DNA of 39,327 nt from a virus. Taxonomy: Duplodnaviria > Caudoviricetes. The first letter of the stretch is position 1. Each line of letters starts with the position of its first letter. A model generated the notes under the pieces. The model searched no databases, was not told the DNA's origin, and worked only from the letters and a program-made list of their open reading frames with translations. Position numbers and translations under genes: made by a program. Positions 26,672 to 35,858 of the stretch are shown one piece after another. The stretch spans positions 1 to 39,327 of IMG/VR virus record IMGVR_UViG_3300028587_000017. The stretch is one strand, 5' to 3'.

Positions 26672-27085
26672 CTAGAGCTTGAAGATTTTGTTGGTGGAGT
26701 TGTCCCACTGAATGGTGATGTCGCCACCATTCGGCGTGACCGAGAGCGCACCGCCGCCTTGCACGGTGTCGATCTTGGCGATCAGACGCGAGGTCGCATC
26801 CGAGCCCGTGTGCTTGTAGATGACCAGCATCTCGCATGGATCGCCGGTGACGGCGGACAGCGTGACGTCCGCCGAGTCGGCGATGCCCGACGTGACCGTC
26901 TTGGACGAGAACGCGGACGACACCGCGACGCGACCACCGGCGGCGACGTCATCGAGGAAGTCGTGCGCGGCCGAGAAGGTGTAGTCGGCCCCATCGACCA
27001 GGATCACACGGATGTCGTCCGTGTCCCAGTCGATGGAGCCGTCCAGGAAGCCCTCGCGACCCTTGTCGTAGAGGACGTTGGCCAT
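26672..27085 (-). CDS. Conserved phage structural protein (fibre-associated)
   Basis: MAN.LYDKGRE.FL...IDW..D.I...TPNGGDITIQWD...KIFKL, a pattern common next to phage fibre genes. Confidence 0.75.
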   Translation of the reverse strand: MANVLYDKGREGFLDGSIDWDTDDIRVILVDGADYTFSAAHDFLDDVAAGGRVAVSSAFSSKTVTSGIADSADVTLSAVTGDPCEMLVIYKHTGSDATSRLIAKIDTVQGGGALSVTPNGGDITIQWDNSTNKIFKL

Positions 27086-27088
27086 CGC

Positions 27089-27421
27089 CTAGAGCGAGCC
27101 CTTGTTGAACCAGACCACCACGAGCTTGCCGCCCGTCGTGGCCGTCGTCGAGAGCTGGAAGAACGCCGTCCCCGCGCCGCCCGACGGCGCCTGCACCTCG
27201 GACGTGAGGTTCGAGACCGACGTGACGTTCCCGCCCGAGATCGGGAAGTACAGCACCGCCACGATCGTGTCCGTCGCCCACGAGTGCCCCGTGAGGGCGA
27301 TGTTGGTGTCGGCGGCGGCGCCGTCGACCACCGAGAACGTGAGGCTCTGCAGCTCCACGAGGGCTTGCGAGAGGTCACGGCCCTCGGGCGGCGAACCACT
27401 CTCAATGGACTCCAGAGCCAT
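27089..27421 (-). CDS. Putative head decoration/structural protein
   Basis: AAGGAGG RBS, TAATG coupling, beta-rich, near the capsid gene. Confidence 0.65.
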   Translation of the reverse strand: MALESIESGSPPEGRDLSQALVELQSLTFSVVDGAAADTNIALTGHSWATDTIVAVLYFPISGGNVTSVSNLTSEVQAPSGGAGTAFFQLSTTATTGGKLVVVWFNKGSL

Positions 27422-28008
27422 TACTGGTTCTCCTCCTTCTGCGGCGGGGCGGACTCGCCCTCGGAGGACGAGCCCTCACGGTCCATCTCGTTCAGCTCCT
27501 CCGCCGTCGCGTTGGCGACCTCGCGGTTCTCCTGCTGCTCGTTGTGGACGAGCTGGCCCTTGGGGACGGCGTGCCCGGTGAACTTCTCCTCAGGCTCGGG
27601 CACCTTCTCCTTCGCCTCGTTCGGGCCGAAGGCGAGACGGTGAGCCAGGTCCTTCTCCGCCTCCTCCCTCTTCGTGGACAGCGTGCCCGTGGGCGGGCCG
27701 AGCGGGGCCTGGTCGTCGCCGACCACCCGCTGCAGCGGCCCGGAGACCGTCAGGCGACGGTGCTCGACGCGCTGGTCGGTGATCCGCTGGCGGGCCAGCA
27801 TCTCGCCCGACTTCTCGGACGAGGGGTTGTTCGCCGTGCGCTCGGAGCGCTGGTCGTCGTAGTCCTTCTTCGACGCCTTCTCGACTCCGGGGACCTCGCC
27901 CCACTTCTGGGCATCGTCCCCGTCGGCGGAGAAGACCGACCCGGCGCGCTGACGCCCCGAGCCGATCGACACGCCGTGCTTGTTGGTATTGCGGTAGTAG
28001 GTCGCCAT
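27421..28008 (-). CDS. Hypothetical head-region protein, largely low-complexity
   Basis: AGGAGG RBS, ATG 28008. Confidence 0.75.
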   Translation of the reverse strand: MATYYRNTNKHGVSIGSGRQRAGSVFSADGDDAQKWGEVPGVEKASKKDYDDQRSERTANNPSSEKSGEMLARQRITDQRVEHRRLTVSGPLQRVVGDDQAPLGPPTGTLSTKREEAEKDLAHRLAFGPNEAKEKVPEPEEKFTGHAVPKGQLVHNEQQENREVANATAEELNEMDREGSSSEGESAPPQKEENQ

Positions 28009-28018
28009 GCCAGTCCTC

Positions 28019-28966
28019 CTAGACGGCATCGAGGGTGTGGATACGGGCGACCTCTTCCTCTTCCTCGATCACCACGTCCCGCTTGAGGAAGAAGATGTAG
28101 AACCGCTTGTCCAGCGCCGCCAGCTGAGCGTCCGTCTCGCCCGTGACGCGGCGCTTGCGCACCTGCCAGGACACGACGCGGACGAAGTTGCGAGGCCGGG
28201 CGAGCAGCACCGTGGTGTCCGGCATCGAGGGGACGGTGAGGATCGGGATGCCCAGCGGCCGGTCGATGACCCCGCCCTCGCCGAGCAGGTAGTCGCCGCC
28301 GCCGTAGTCGGGCCGGTCGACGACCGACTCCCACCACTGCAGCTTCCGTGAGGGCGACATGATCCAGTAGTAGCCCGGCTGGTTCCGGTAGCGGTTCGGG
28401 ATCGCGTTGAGACCCTCGAACATGTGGTCCTTGCCCCACACGCCGGAGGCGATCGCCGAGCCGTCGATGTTCTGCGCGTCGGTGGACGCGGCGATGATCT
28501 TGAGGAGACCGTCGTCGATCGTGAGGAACGGCGCGTCGCCGGACACGTCGGCGGTGTTGCCGTTGATGTCCAGATCCTCCAGGTCGAGAGAGAACTGCTG
28601 GGTCATCTCGCCCGTGAGCTTGGCCTCCAGGCCCGCCCCCTCGATGTTCTCGTGGAAGACGTCCTCCGTGACCTCCCAGGGGAGACGGATCTTGACCGTC
28701 TGGAACTCGACGGTCGTGAACGCGGCACCGGCGCGGTAGCCGTCGTCCGTGTTCTCTGTCGCAGCACGGATGATGCGTCCACCCGTGGACATCTTGTTGA
28801 TCTCGCCCGAGGAGGCAGTGCGGATCTCCTGGCGCATCAGGTTGGAGAGCGCGCCCTGCTCCTTGATCTTGACGATGAAGGTGCGCGCCTGCTCGGGATC
28901 GAGCAGGCCAGCGGCCGCATCACTCGTGGTGATGGTGGCCTTGGCCAGTGCCTGTCGGCGGTCCAT
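28019..28966 (-). CDS. Major capsid protein (PBSX XkdG/P2-like, HK97 fold)
   Basis: GLLDPEQARTFI, WEVTEDV..ENIEG, DLEDL.INGNT, DG.LK motifs. Confidence 0.92.
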   Translation of the reverse strand: MDRRQALAKATITTSDAAAGLLDPEQARTFIVKIKEQGALSNLMRQEIRTASSGEINKMSTGGRIIRAATENTDDGYRAGAAFTTVEFQTVKIRLPWEVTEDVFHENIEGAGLEAKLTGEMTQQFSLDLEDLDINGNTADVSGDAPFLTIDDGLLKIIAASTDAQNIDGSAIASGVWGKDHMFEGLNAIPNRYRNQPGYYWIMSPSRKLQWWESVVDRPDYGGGDYLLGEGGVIDRPLGIPILTVPSMPDTTVLLARPRNFVRVVSWQVRKRRVTGETDAQLAALDKRFYIFFLKRDVVIEEEEEVARIHTLDAV

Positions 28967-28977
28967 GATCTCCTCTC

Positions 28978-30087
28978 CTAGCCGAACAGGGCGCGGGCCA
29001 GCGCGGCGTCGGGGTCGTCGGTCTTCTTGAGGTCGGTGTCTCCGCCCTGCGTCGACCGCCCCTCCTCCAGCTTGTTCAGCCGGGCCTGGAGGTCGGCGAC
29101 CGTCTCGATCGACTTCTGGAGCGTCGCGGCGATCTCCTCGCGCTCCTCCTCCTCGGTCTTCTCGGGCTGCGGGAGACGCTCCAGCAGGGTGTCGAGCTTG
29201 CCGTCGAGACCGTCGACCTTCTCCAGCCTCGTCTCCAACTCGCCCAGCTTCGTCTCGATGCCCTCGACCTTTGCGAGAGCGGCCTTCTCCTGATCGGTCA
29301 GGGGCACTTCGTCCTCCTCATGGGTGTCAGCGGTGTCCTCCGTCGTCCAGCCGAGCGCGACCGCGATCTTCTGGAGCAGGCTGCGATGCTCGGGAGTCAC
29401 CTTCTGGCCAACGATAGCGTCGGTATCGGGAAGTCCCTTCTTGCTCACGTAGGCCTTGCCGCAGCTCGGGCAGGCCCCCTTCTTGAGAGCCATCTTCGCG
29501 CCGCAACCGGGACACGTGCGGTGAGTGTTGCCGTTGTCCTTGTCGGCGGCCTTCGCGACCGGCGTGCGCAGGCCCGAACCCTCGTAGCTCACCGAGTCGA
29601 CCTCGCCCCTGTCGATCAGCGTGCGCAGGTCGTCGTTCGGCTCGATGCCGACCACCCACGCGCCCTTCTTGATCGTCTGCGCCGTGCCGAGCGGGTCGAC
29701 CATCGCGAAGTCGGCAGGCGCGATGAAGTTCTCCACCACACGACCGACCGGCGTGAGGTCCGTGTGGGCGAAGTTGATGAGGCCACCGTTGCGCATGAAG
29801 CCGTGCGCGGCCTTGAAAATCTCCTCCTCCGAGGCCCAGACATCGGTCATGTTCGGGTCGGCCCCGGCGCCGATGCCCTGGCGCTCCTCGTTCTCGGGCT
29901 CGGCGACGATGGAGTAGACGACGCGCCAGTCGTCGGCCTTGAACAGCATCGTGGACTCGACGAGCGCCTTGCCTGCGTCGTCCTCGACGGCCTCCATCTT
30001 CTTGAGGAAGAAGCGCTTGCCGTTCGCGCCGCGCTTGCACAGCGAGACCGCGACCACGTTGACGTCGGAAAGGGTGAAGTCGGCCAC
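28978..30087 (-). CDS. XkdF-like prohead protease fused to a scaffold region
   Basis: VSL..RGANGK.F, RVVYSIVAEP, EEIFKAAH.FM, VVENFIAPADF, IKKGAWVV, GE..SVS.EG; acidic coiled-coil C-terminus. Confidence 0.88.
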   Translation of the reverse strand: MADFTLSDVNVVAVSLCKRGANGKRFFLKKMEAVEDDAGKALVESTMLFKADDWRVVYSIVAEPENEERQGIGAGADPNMTDVWASEEEIFKAAHGFMRNGGLINFAHTDLTPVGRVVENFIAPADFAMVDPLGTAQTIKKGAWVVGIEPNDDLRTLIDRGEVDSVSYEGSGLRTPVAKAADKDNGNTHRTCPGCGAKMALKKGACPSCGKAYVSKKGLPDTDAIVGQKVTPEHRSLLQKIAVALGWTTEDTADTHEEDEVPLTDQEKAALAKVEGIETKLGELETRLEKVDGLDGKLDTLLERLPQPEKTEEEEREEIAATLQKSIETVADLQARLNKLEEGRSTQGGDTDLKKTDDPDAALARALFG

Positions 30088-30791
30088 TAGTGCTCCTCGA
30101 TCTGTGTCACGGCCTGGGAGTGTCCACCTGCACGGTGCACGAGGCTGTCTGTGCCAACGATACCTGCGGTTCGGCCTAGTCCGAGTTCGACCTCCTCGGG
30201 GAGCAGCGCCTCGTCCACTCGCGGGTGCCACGATTGTCGGCAGTTGATGTGCGGCGAGCCGATCTCCAGAACGCGGTCGAGCGGGTGAGGGCTCGTGCGC
30301 TCCAGCGCCTGACACACCTCGCACGCGGGCGCGTCATCTCCAGCGTGCCTGCCGAAGTCGAACTCGACCTCGACGCCGTTGTCGATGAAGAAGGCGACGG
30401 TCGCATCGGCGTGAGCGGAGTAGGCCTCGGTGACGCCGATCATCTCGGCTCGGGCATCGTCCCGCTCGTTACTCCACTGTGCGACTTCCTCAACTGCCTG
30501 TTCATAGGCCATCCCGAGCGCACCGAAGCGCTTGACCTGGGTCTCCATCGCCTTGTTGTAGGACGCCGCGATCGACTCGGCGTGATCGTCTGCCTCGTCC
30601 GAGAGGGCCTGCGCTATCTGCACGGACACCTGCACGTCGTCGGCGTCGTAGCCGTAGTCGTTCGCCAGGCCCGAGAGCGTGTCCTGGTACACGCGCAGCT
30701 TGGTCAGGTAGAGCGAGTCGGAGAGGTCGTCGATGTAGGCCTCGTCGCGCCGGAAGGACTCGACTAGGCGGTCGATCTCATCCCGCGTCAC
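30087..30791 (-). CDS. Head morphogenesis (MuF/gp7-like) protein
   Basis: RAEMIGVTE, CEVCQAL, PHINCR motifs; between portal and protease. Confidence 0.8.
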   Translation of the reverse strand: MTRDEIDRLVESFRRDEAYIDDLSDSLYLTKLRVYQDTLSGLANDYGYDADDVQVSVQIAQALSDEADDHAESIAASYNKAMETQVKRFGALGMAYEQAVEEVAQWSNERDDARAEMIGVTEAYSAHADATVAFFIDNGVEVEFDFGRHAGDDAPACEVCQALERTSPHPLDRVLEIGSPHINCRQSWHPRVDEALLPEEVELGLGRTAGIVGTDSLVHRAGGHSQAVTQIEEH

Positions 30792-30975
30792 GGCGCACCA
30801 GCTCCAGGCTCTTGAACTGGTGCAGCGGCACGAGCACGATGGGCATCTGCGACCGTTTGCGGCCCGCGAGGCAGATGGCCTGCTCCCCGGCGATCCCCCT
30901 CACTCGGTAGATCACCTTCTTGCCCCCGGAGAGCCGTCCGGCCCAGATGTCTCCGGCGCGGACATCTGGTCTCAC
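30778..30975 (-). CDS. Small hypothetical protein
   Basis: GTGA overlap with the portal stop; small beta-rich basic ORF. Confidence 0.65.
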   Translation of the reverse strand: MRPDVRAGDIWAGRLSGGKKVIYRVRGIAGEQAICLAGRKRSQMPIVLVPLHQFKSLELVRRDAG

Positions 30976-32612
30976 CGCTGGCGCAGGCCAGCGCGCTCGC
31001 GTGCGCGGGTAACGGCTGCGTCGCCCGCTGAGCGCGCCGACACCCGTGCGGACTGCGCCCCGGACTCCGCCGAGACGTCGACGCCATCGCGGGTGGCCTG
31101 CCTGCGACGTCGAGCGCCGATGCCGGGCCGGAGCCCCTGCTGCGAGTCGCCCTCGACGCGGGTGGGCTCAGCGCCGCCGGGACGGACGAGCGTGTCGTTC
31201 CAGCCGTACGGGACCTGCCCGACCTCGGGCTCGGCCGACTTGAAGAACTCACCCTCCCACTCGATCTCGGTCGCCGACTTCTCGGCCTCGGGAAGCGGCG
31301 CCATGCCGTGCGCCTTGCGGTACTCGCGCCGGGTGATCGCGCCGACCTCGGCCGCCTTCTCGGCGGAGTCGCGCCGCGAGGCGTCGTTCTCGACGGCGAG
31401 GCGCTTGAACACGATGGTGAAGTCGGGGTGCCCCAGGTCCTTGACGATGGTGTTGTGCAGCCGCACCTCGTAGCGCGTCTGCTCGGGATCGAAGACCTGC
31501 TCCAGCGAGATGGAGCGCTGCACCTCGGCGGTGTAGCGCCCGGAGTCGTCGACGCTGGAGACGAAGATGGGAGAGAGTCGGAACGCCCCGAGTTGCCGCC
31601 CGGCGTTGTCCTTGCGGTACTGCGTGAAGCCCATGTCCTTCTCACTGATCTGACCGAGCTTCACGTCCTTCACATCGGCGCCAGCGGGGAGAGGGACGAT
31701 GGCGACGCGGTGACGGTGCCCGCCGTCCGACCGCAGAATCCCCGCGATCCGGTCCACAGTCTGCTGCGGCACGCGGAAGCGGATCTGTGAACCGTCGTTC
31801 GTGGCCTCACCTTGCACGAACAGGACGGTCGGCGGGGTGCCGGACGAATCAAAGAAGGAGATGTTGGACTCGGCCGCGAGCTTGTCGCCCACGTAGTCGA
31901 GTGCCATCGAGGCGTCACGCGGGAGGCCGTAGTCGCGGGACTCGGACGTGTAGATGCGGAAGGGCAGGATCTCGTTGCGCGTGGCCCGGCCGCCGCGAAT
32001 GCCGATCGGGTTGCCCTGCTCGTCGTACTCGGCCTTGTCGCCGAAGTTCCAGAAGCGCACGGCGTCGTCGGTCGTCTGCGACATGCCGAGCAGCATCCAC
32101 CCGTCGCGGGTCTTGAGCCTGCGCATCCGCTTCCCGGGCGCGTGGAACAGGCCGTCGATCAGGCCGGTCTGCGCGTTGCGGGAGACCTCGATGTAGCCGT
32201 TGCCGACCTCCTCCTCGTCGGTCTTCACCGCCATCAGCAGCTCGGTGAACGACGGCGAATCGAGGCGAACGTCGCGTGCGGCGCAGGCCTCCAGCTTCGC
32301 CCGGATCTCCTTCGACTCGGGGGAGGCGTCGGACACGTCGCGCTCGGAGGCCTCGGCGGGCTGGATCGCGTAGCCGAGCCCGACCGTGTTGCGAGCGATG
32401 GCGTCGATGATCGCCCGGCGCAGCGAGTTGGTCTGCGAGAGCCGGGCGAGCGCGTCCAGCGAGACGGGCGGCTCGATCGCGTCCTGCGGGGTGGTGAAGC
32501 CGTCGTCGTCGTCCGTCTGCTTCGTGGTGCCGAGGATCGGGTCGCCCGCGACGACCAGCTCGTGCGCCTTCTCCAGCTCGATGTACTCGGGGACCAGCTC
32601 GGCCTCAGGCAT
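30972..32612 (-). CDS. Portal protein (PBSX/XkdE-like)
   Basis: IEPP..L..LA.L, GNGYIEVSRN, L.HAP.K.MR, YGLP, N..FF...G.P, DMGF..YR motifs. Confidence 0.92.
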   Translation of the reverse strand: MPEAELVPEYIELEKAHELVVAGDPILGTTKQTDDDDGFTTPQDAIEPPVSLDALARLSQTNSLRRAIIDAIARNTVGLGYAIQPAEASERDVSDASPESKEIRAKLEACAARDVRLDSPSFTELLMAVKTDEEEVGNGYIEVSRNAQTGLIDGLFHAPGKRMRRLKTRDGWMLLGMSQTTDDAVRFWNFGDKAEYDEQGNPIGIRGGRATRNEILPFRIYTSESRDYGLPRDASMALDYVGDKLAAESNISFFDSSGTPPTVLFVQGEATNDGSQIRFRVPQQTVDRIAGILRSDGGHRHRVAIVPLPAGADVKDVKLGQISEKDMGFTQYRKDNAGRQLGAFRLSPIFVSSVDDSGRYTAEVQRSISLEQVFDPEQTRYEVRLHNTIVKDLGHPDFTIVFKRLAVENDASRRDSAEKAAEVGAITRREYRKAHGMAPLPEAEKSATEIEWEGEFFKSAEPEVGQVPYGWNDTLVRPGGAEPTRVEGDSQQGLRPGIGARRRRQATRDGVDVSAESGAQSARVSARSAGDAAVTRARERAGLRQR

Positions 32613-32799
32613 GGATCATCTCCCCGAATCGACCGCACGCCGGGCAGTTCTGCGGCGACTCGTCCTCGAACTCGACCACGGCCTTGCCGTCATCGCCGAC
32701 CTCGACGGTTGTGACCTTCGCTCGCCACCACGGGCGCTCCTGGCAGTCCTCGTTGACGCACTGGAAGCGCACGGTGAGATCGCTCGGGTGGTACTTCAC
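32605..32799 (-). CDS. Small Zn-binding protein
   Basis: CVNEDC...CPACG; coupled between TerL and portal. Confidence 0.7.
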   Translation of the reverse strand: MKYHPSDLTVRFQCVNEDCQERPWWRAKVTTVEVGDDGKAVVEFEDESPQNCPACGRFGEMIHA

Positions 32800-34295
32800 G
32801 ACGCCTCCAGAACCTCGATGTCCCAGTCCACGTCTCCAACATACGCGAACTCGCGGGCGGTGCGGATGGCCACGTCGAGCCCGTCGAGCTTGTCGTCGTG
32901 GCGGCCGTGCGGGAAGTCACGCCACTGCTCGAAGAGGCTCATCTCCTGCCACTGGTCGTCGACGCCGCTCGTCAGTCCGTACCAGATGTCCTCCCAGACT
33001 CGCAGCCACTTCGACTGCGCGAAGGCGCCGAGAGCCTCCAGCCGCTCCTCCTTGCCCCCGGGAATCCCGATCTCCACGAGCTTGGCTCGCAGGTCAGGTC
33101 GCTTGGCCTCCAGTGCACCTCGAAAATATCGGTCGAGCGTGATCCTCGCACCACCCACTGCAACCACCCCACGACCCATGCGCTGATAACGGTCGTGCAG
33201 AGCCCCGACAATCTCGATCTGCTGGGGGATCGGTGAGCGCAGGTCGATCGACTCCACGATGTCGGCGAAGCGATCCGACAGCGCCAGCACCGTGATGTTG
33301 AAGTAGTCCAGATCATCGGACGCGCCTCCCGGTGCGGGGTCGATGCCCATGAAGTACCGGGCGTACTTGAGCGGAGTGGTCTCGGGCGTGATGACCGTCA
33401 TCCACTCGACCTGCAGCCGCTCGCCCATCTCCGAGCGAGCGTCCAGCAGGAAGATGCGCTTGAACCGATTGGGCTTGTCCTTGCGCTCTTGCTCCAGGCG
33501 CTCCTTCGACCAGTTCTCCGGCCACGTCGCCTCGCCCTGTGCGTCGGCCACGTCGGGCTCGCCGGGGGCGTGCAGCGCCGGGCGCTTGAAGACCTCGTAC
33601 GACTCGCGGGAGGCGAGCGTCATCAACAGGTCGCGGTTGTCGTTGAAGTTGCCGCAGATCAGGGCGCGCCCCTTCGCCACGAGACGGGTGGTGATCTGCA
33701 TGTCCCAGAGATGCAGCGCCCGCTTGCGCATCGCCGGGGACTCGGCGTTGCGCGGCGTAATCACGTCGTCGCCGACGAGGTAGTCGATGCGGCGGCCCTG
33801 GATGCCCTTCGAGTCGAGCCCCTTCGCCTGCCACGTCGGGTCCTTCGACGTGCCGACTCGTGCGACGACGATGGCGTCCTCGCGCCACACGGTCTCGTCG
33901 GGCGACGGGTAGACGAGCGGCTTGCCGTTCGGGTCGATGAAGTCACGAGCGAGGAGCGGGTTGTTCTCGATGTGCCACGCGACGACGGAGAGGTTGTTGA
34001 TCGCCATGCCCTCCTCCTCGGAGAGCAACATGCCGCGAATCAGCTCGCCGAAGTAGGTCGCCCGGTACGTGAGCCAGAGCGGGTAGACCTGCGACAGCAG
34101 CGTGGTCTTGAGGAACTCGGGCGGCAGGATCACAACGCCACGTCGCGTGGTGACGGCGAAGCGCAGCATCTCGGCGGCGAACGCGGGAAGCGGTGCGATC
34201 CAGTTCGGGTCGTAGGGGCGGATGTAGCTCTCGCCGAAGAACACGGGATTCGCCAGCGCGAGCTTCACGCGGTCGTCGCGCCTGCGGATGTCCAC
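32796..34295 (-). CDS. terL: Terminase large subunit
   Basis: GTG 34295; ATPase (PPEFLKTT, IQGRRIDYLVGDD) and nuclease (GIDPA, FPHGRHDD.LD) motifs. Confidence 0.92.
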   Translation of the reverse strand: MDIRRRDDRVKLALANPVFFGESYIRPYDPNWIAPLPAFAAEMLRFAVTTRRGVVILPPEFLKTTLLSQVYPLWLTYRATYFGELIRGMLLSEEEGMAINNLSVVAWHIENNPLLARDFIDPNGKPLVYPSPDETVWREDAIVVARVGTSKDPTWQAKGLDSKGIQGRRIDYLVGDDVITPRNAESPAMRKRALHLWDMQITTRLVAKGRALICGNFNDNRDLLMTLASRESYEVFKRPALHAPGEPDVADAQGEATWPENWSKERLEQERKDKPNRFKRIFLLDARSEMGERLQVEWMTVITPETTPLKYARYFMGIDPAPGGASDDLDYFNITVLALSDRFADIVESIDLRSPIPQQIEIVGALHDRYQRMGRGVVAVGGARITLDRYFRGALEAKRPDLRAKLVEIGIPGGKEERLEALGAFAQSKWLRVWEDIWYGLTSGVDDQWQEMSLFEQWRDFPHGRHDDKLDGLDVAIRTAREFAYVGDVDWDIEVLEAS

Positions 34296-34882
34296 TACGG
34301 CTCCAGCAACTGCACGTCGGGCGGCTCCTCCTCGGCGGTGCCGTCGAACGACCCGGCAGCGAGGAACGCCTCCTCCAGGCGAGCGATCTCCTCCTTCGCG
34401 GACGAGTCGAGCACGTGGTCGATCTGGCCCTTGACCTCGTGCTTCTGCGCGGCGTACGTGCCGAGCAGGCGAGCGCGCTGGTCGATGAAGGCGCGCCACT
34501 CGCGCATCGCCTTCAGATTGCCCTCGCGCACCTTCGGCCAGAGCACGCGCAACGCCTGGTCGATCCGGTGCAGGTCGATGGCACGCAGCTTGTCCACGTC
34601 GTCGCGGTTCTGGTCCGCGAGCTTCTCCAGCTCCTTCTGCAGCACCTTCATCACGGTCATCTCGGAGCACTTGCCGTACTGCCCGAGGTTCGTGATCTGC
34701 TGGGCGATCTCCGCGTAGGTGAGCCCGGCGGTGCGCAGCTCCACGATGGCGCGGTTGCGCATCGGCCGCTTCACGGTGTTGGCGCGAGTCTCGACGGCGC
34801 GCAGCTTGCGGTGCTCGATCTGCTCGGGAGTGAGCGCGTGCTCGGCGCGACGCCGGATGAACTGTCCGTCCTCGACGCTCAT
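34295..34882 (-). CDS. terS: Terminase small subunit (HTH type)
   Basis: AIVELRTAGLTYAEIA HTH; LHRID.....LWPK...G...A......DQRARLLG; directly upstream of TerL. Confidence 0.8.
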   Translation of the reverse strand: MSVEDGQFIRRRAEHALTPEQIEHRKLRAVETRANTVKRPMRNRAIVELRTAGLTYAEIAQQITNLGQYGKCSEMTVMKVLQKELEKLADQNRDDVDKLRAIDLHRIDQALRVLWPKVREGNLKAMREWRAFIDQRARLLGTYAAQKHEVKGQIDHVLDSSAKEEIARLEEAFLAAGSFDGTAEEEPPDVQLLEP

Positions 34883-35763
34883 GCCTCGTTGATCGCCGCG
34901 ATCAGTTCGTCGGGGGACAGGAGAGAGCCCTCGCCTCGGATTTGCACCGGGTCCTTCCCGCTGGAGGCGGTCGCTCCACTGGACAGAGCTTCGAGGGCAT
35001 GGAGACGCTTCGGGTACGGCTGCCGCATGGACTCTACCCGCGCCAGCAGCGCCTTGTCCTTGCGATCGAGCACGACGGCGTAGCGATGCTTCGGGTTGGA
35101 GCGCTGCTCGACCCAGCCCCGGCGCACCATCGCGTCGCGCTGCTGGACCCAGGAGACGCCCGACTTCCCGGCGAGGTCGCTCACGATGCGGCAATCGTAG
35201 ACCCGCCCGTTCGGCGCCACGTACTGCGGGACCCAGCCCCCGCGCCCGATGTAGACCCAGTTGCAGGCCTGGTAGATCGTGCCGATCTCGCCCGCGTCCG
35301 AGTCGGCGTAGGCGATCATCACCTTCCCGGCGTTGCGCTTGGCGAGCAGCCTCACGGTCCAGTTCACAAGCCGCGAGTTGGAGCCGGACGGCGCCCAGTG
35401 CACGCAGGCGCCGCGAGCGAGGGTCAACACGTCCTGGCGATCCAGCTCGAACGGCCGGTGCACGTTGTTGCCAGCGGTGCCACCGACGCCGGTGCAGGTC
35501 GCGCCCGCGAGGTGCATCCCGAAGAACAGCCCGTAGTGGAACTGCGTCTTGGCCATCGTCCCGAGCCACTCGTAGCGCAGGATCACCTGCTCGGCGAGCC
35601 GGTACGAGATCGGGCGCACACGCGAGGCCGAGACGGACGGGATCGGGTCGAAGGGCGCGGGCTCGGTGTGCCGGTCGCGCAGCTCCTTCTGCCACGCCAC
35701 GTCGAGGCGCTTCGGGCGGAACGTCGCCCGGTAGGGATTTACCCGCGTGCGCGAGGCGGCCAC
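34879..35763 (-). CDS. mom: Mom-family (GNAT-like) DNA adenine-modification protein
   Basis: LTLARG, SNSRLV..TVRLL, IAYAD...GEIGTIYQACNW.YIG, KHRY...L, PYPK motifs of the phage Mu Mom family. Confidence 0.85.
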   Translation of the reverse strand: MAASRTRVNPYRATFRPKRLDVAWQKELRDRHTEPAPFDPIPSVSASRVRPISYRLAEQVILRYEWLGTMAKTQFHYGLFFGMHLAGATCTGVGGTAGNNVHRPFELDRQDVLTLARGACVHWAPSGSNSRLVNWTVRLLAKRNAGKVMIAYADSDAGEIGTIYQACNWVYIGRGGWVPQYVAPNGRVYDCRIVSDLAGKSGVSWVQQRDAMVRRGWVEQRSNPKHRYAVVLDRKDKALLARVESMRQPYPKRLHALEALSSGATASSGKDPVQIRGEGSLLSPDELIAAINEA

Positions 35764-35858
35764 TAGTGGCGCCGAACCAGGCCGAGGATGACGATGACGA
35801 TCAGGACGATGAGCAGGACGATCACCACGTCCATCAGCGTGATCGAGACGGCGGCCAT
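35763..35858 (-). CDS. 31-aa single-TM micro-protein (below the ORF-track cutoff)
   Basis: MAAVSITLMDVVIVLLIVLIVIVILGLVRRH*; AGGAGG RBS; 1-nt overlaps on both sides. Confidence 0.75.
   Translation of the reverse strand: MAAVSITLMDVVIVLLIVLIVIVILGLVRRH

Noticed and set aside
24597-26675. 692-aa + strand ORF opposite the LamG fibre, and similar long Arg-rich ORFs across the late operon
   Set aside because: Shadow ORFs caused by stop-codon scarcity in high-GC DNA
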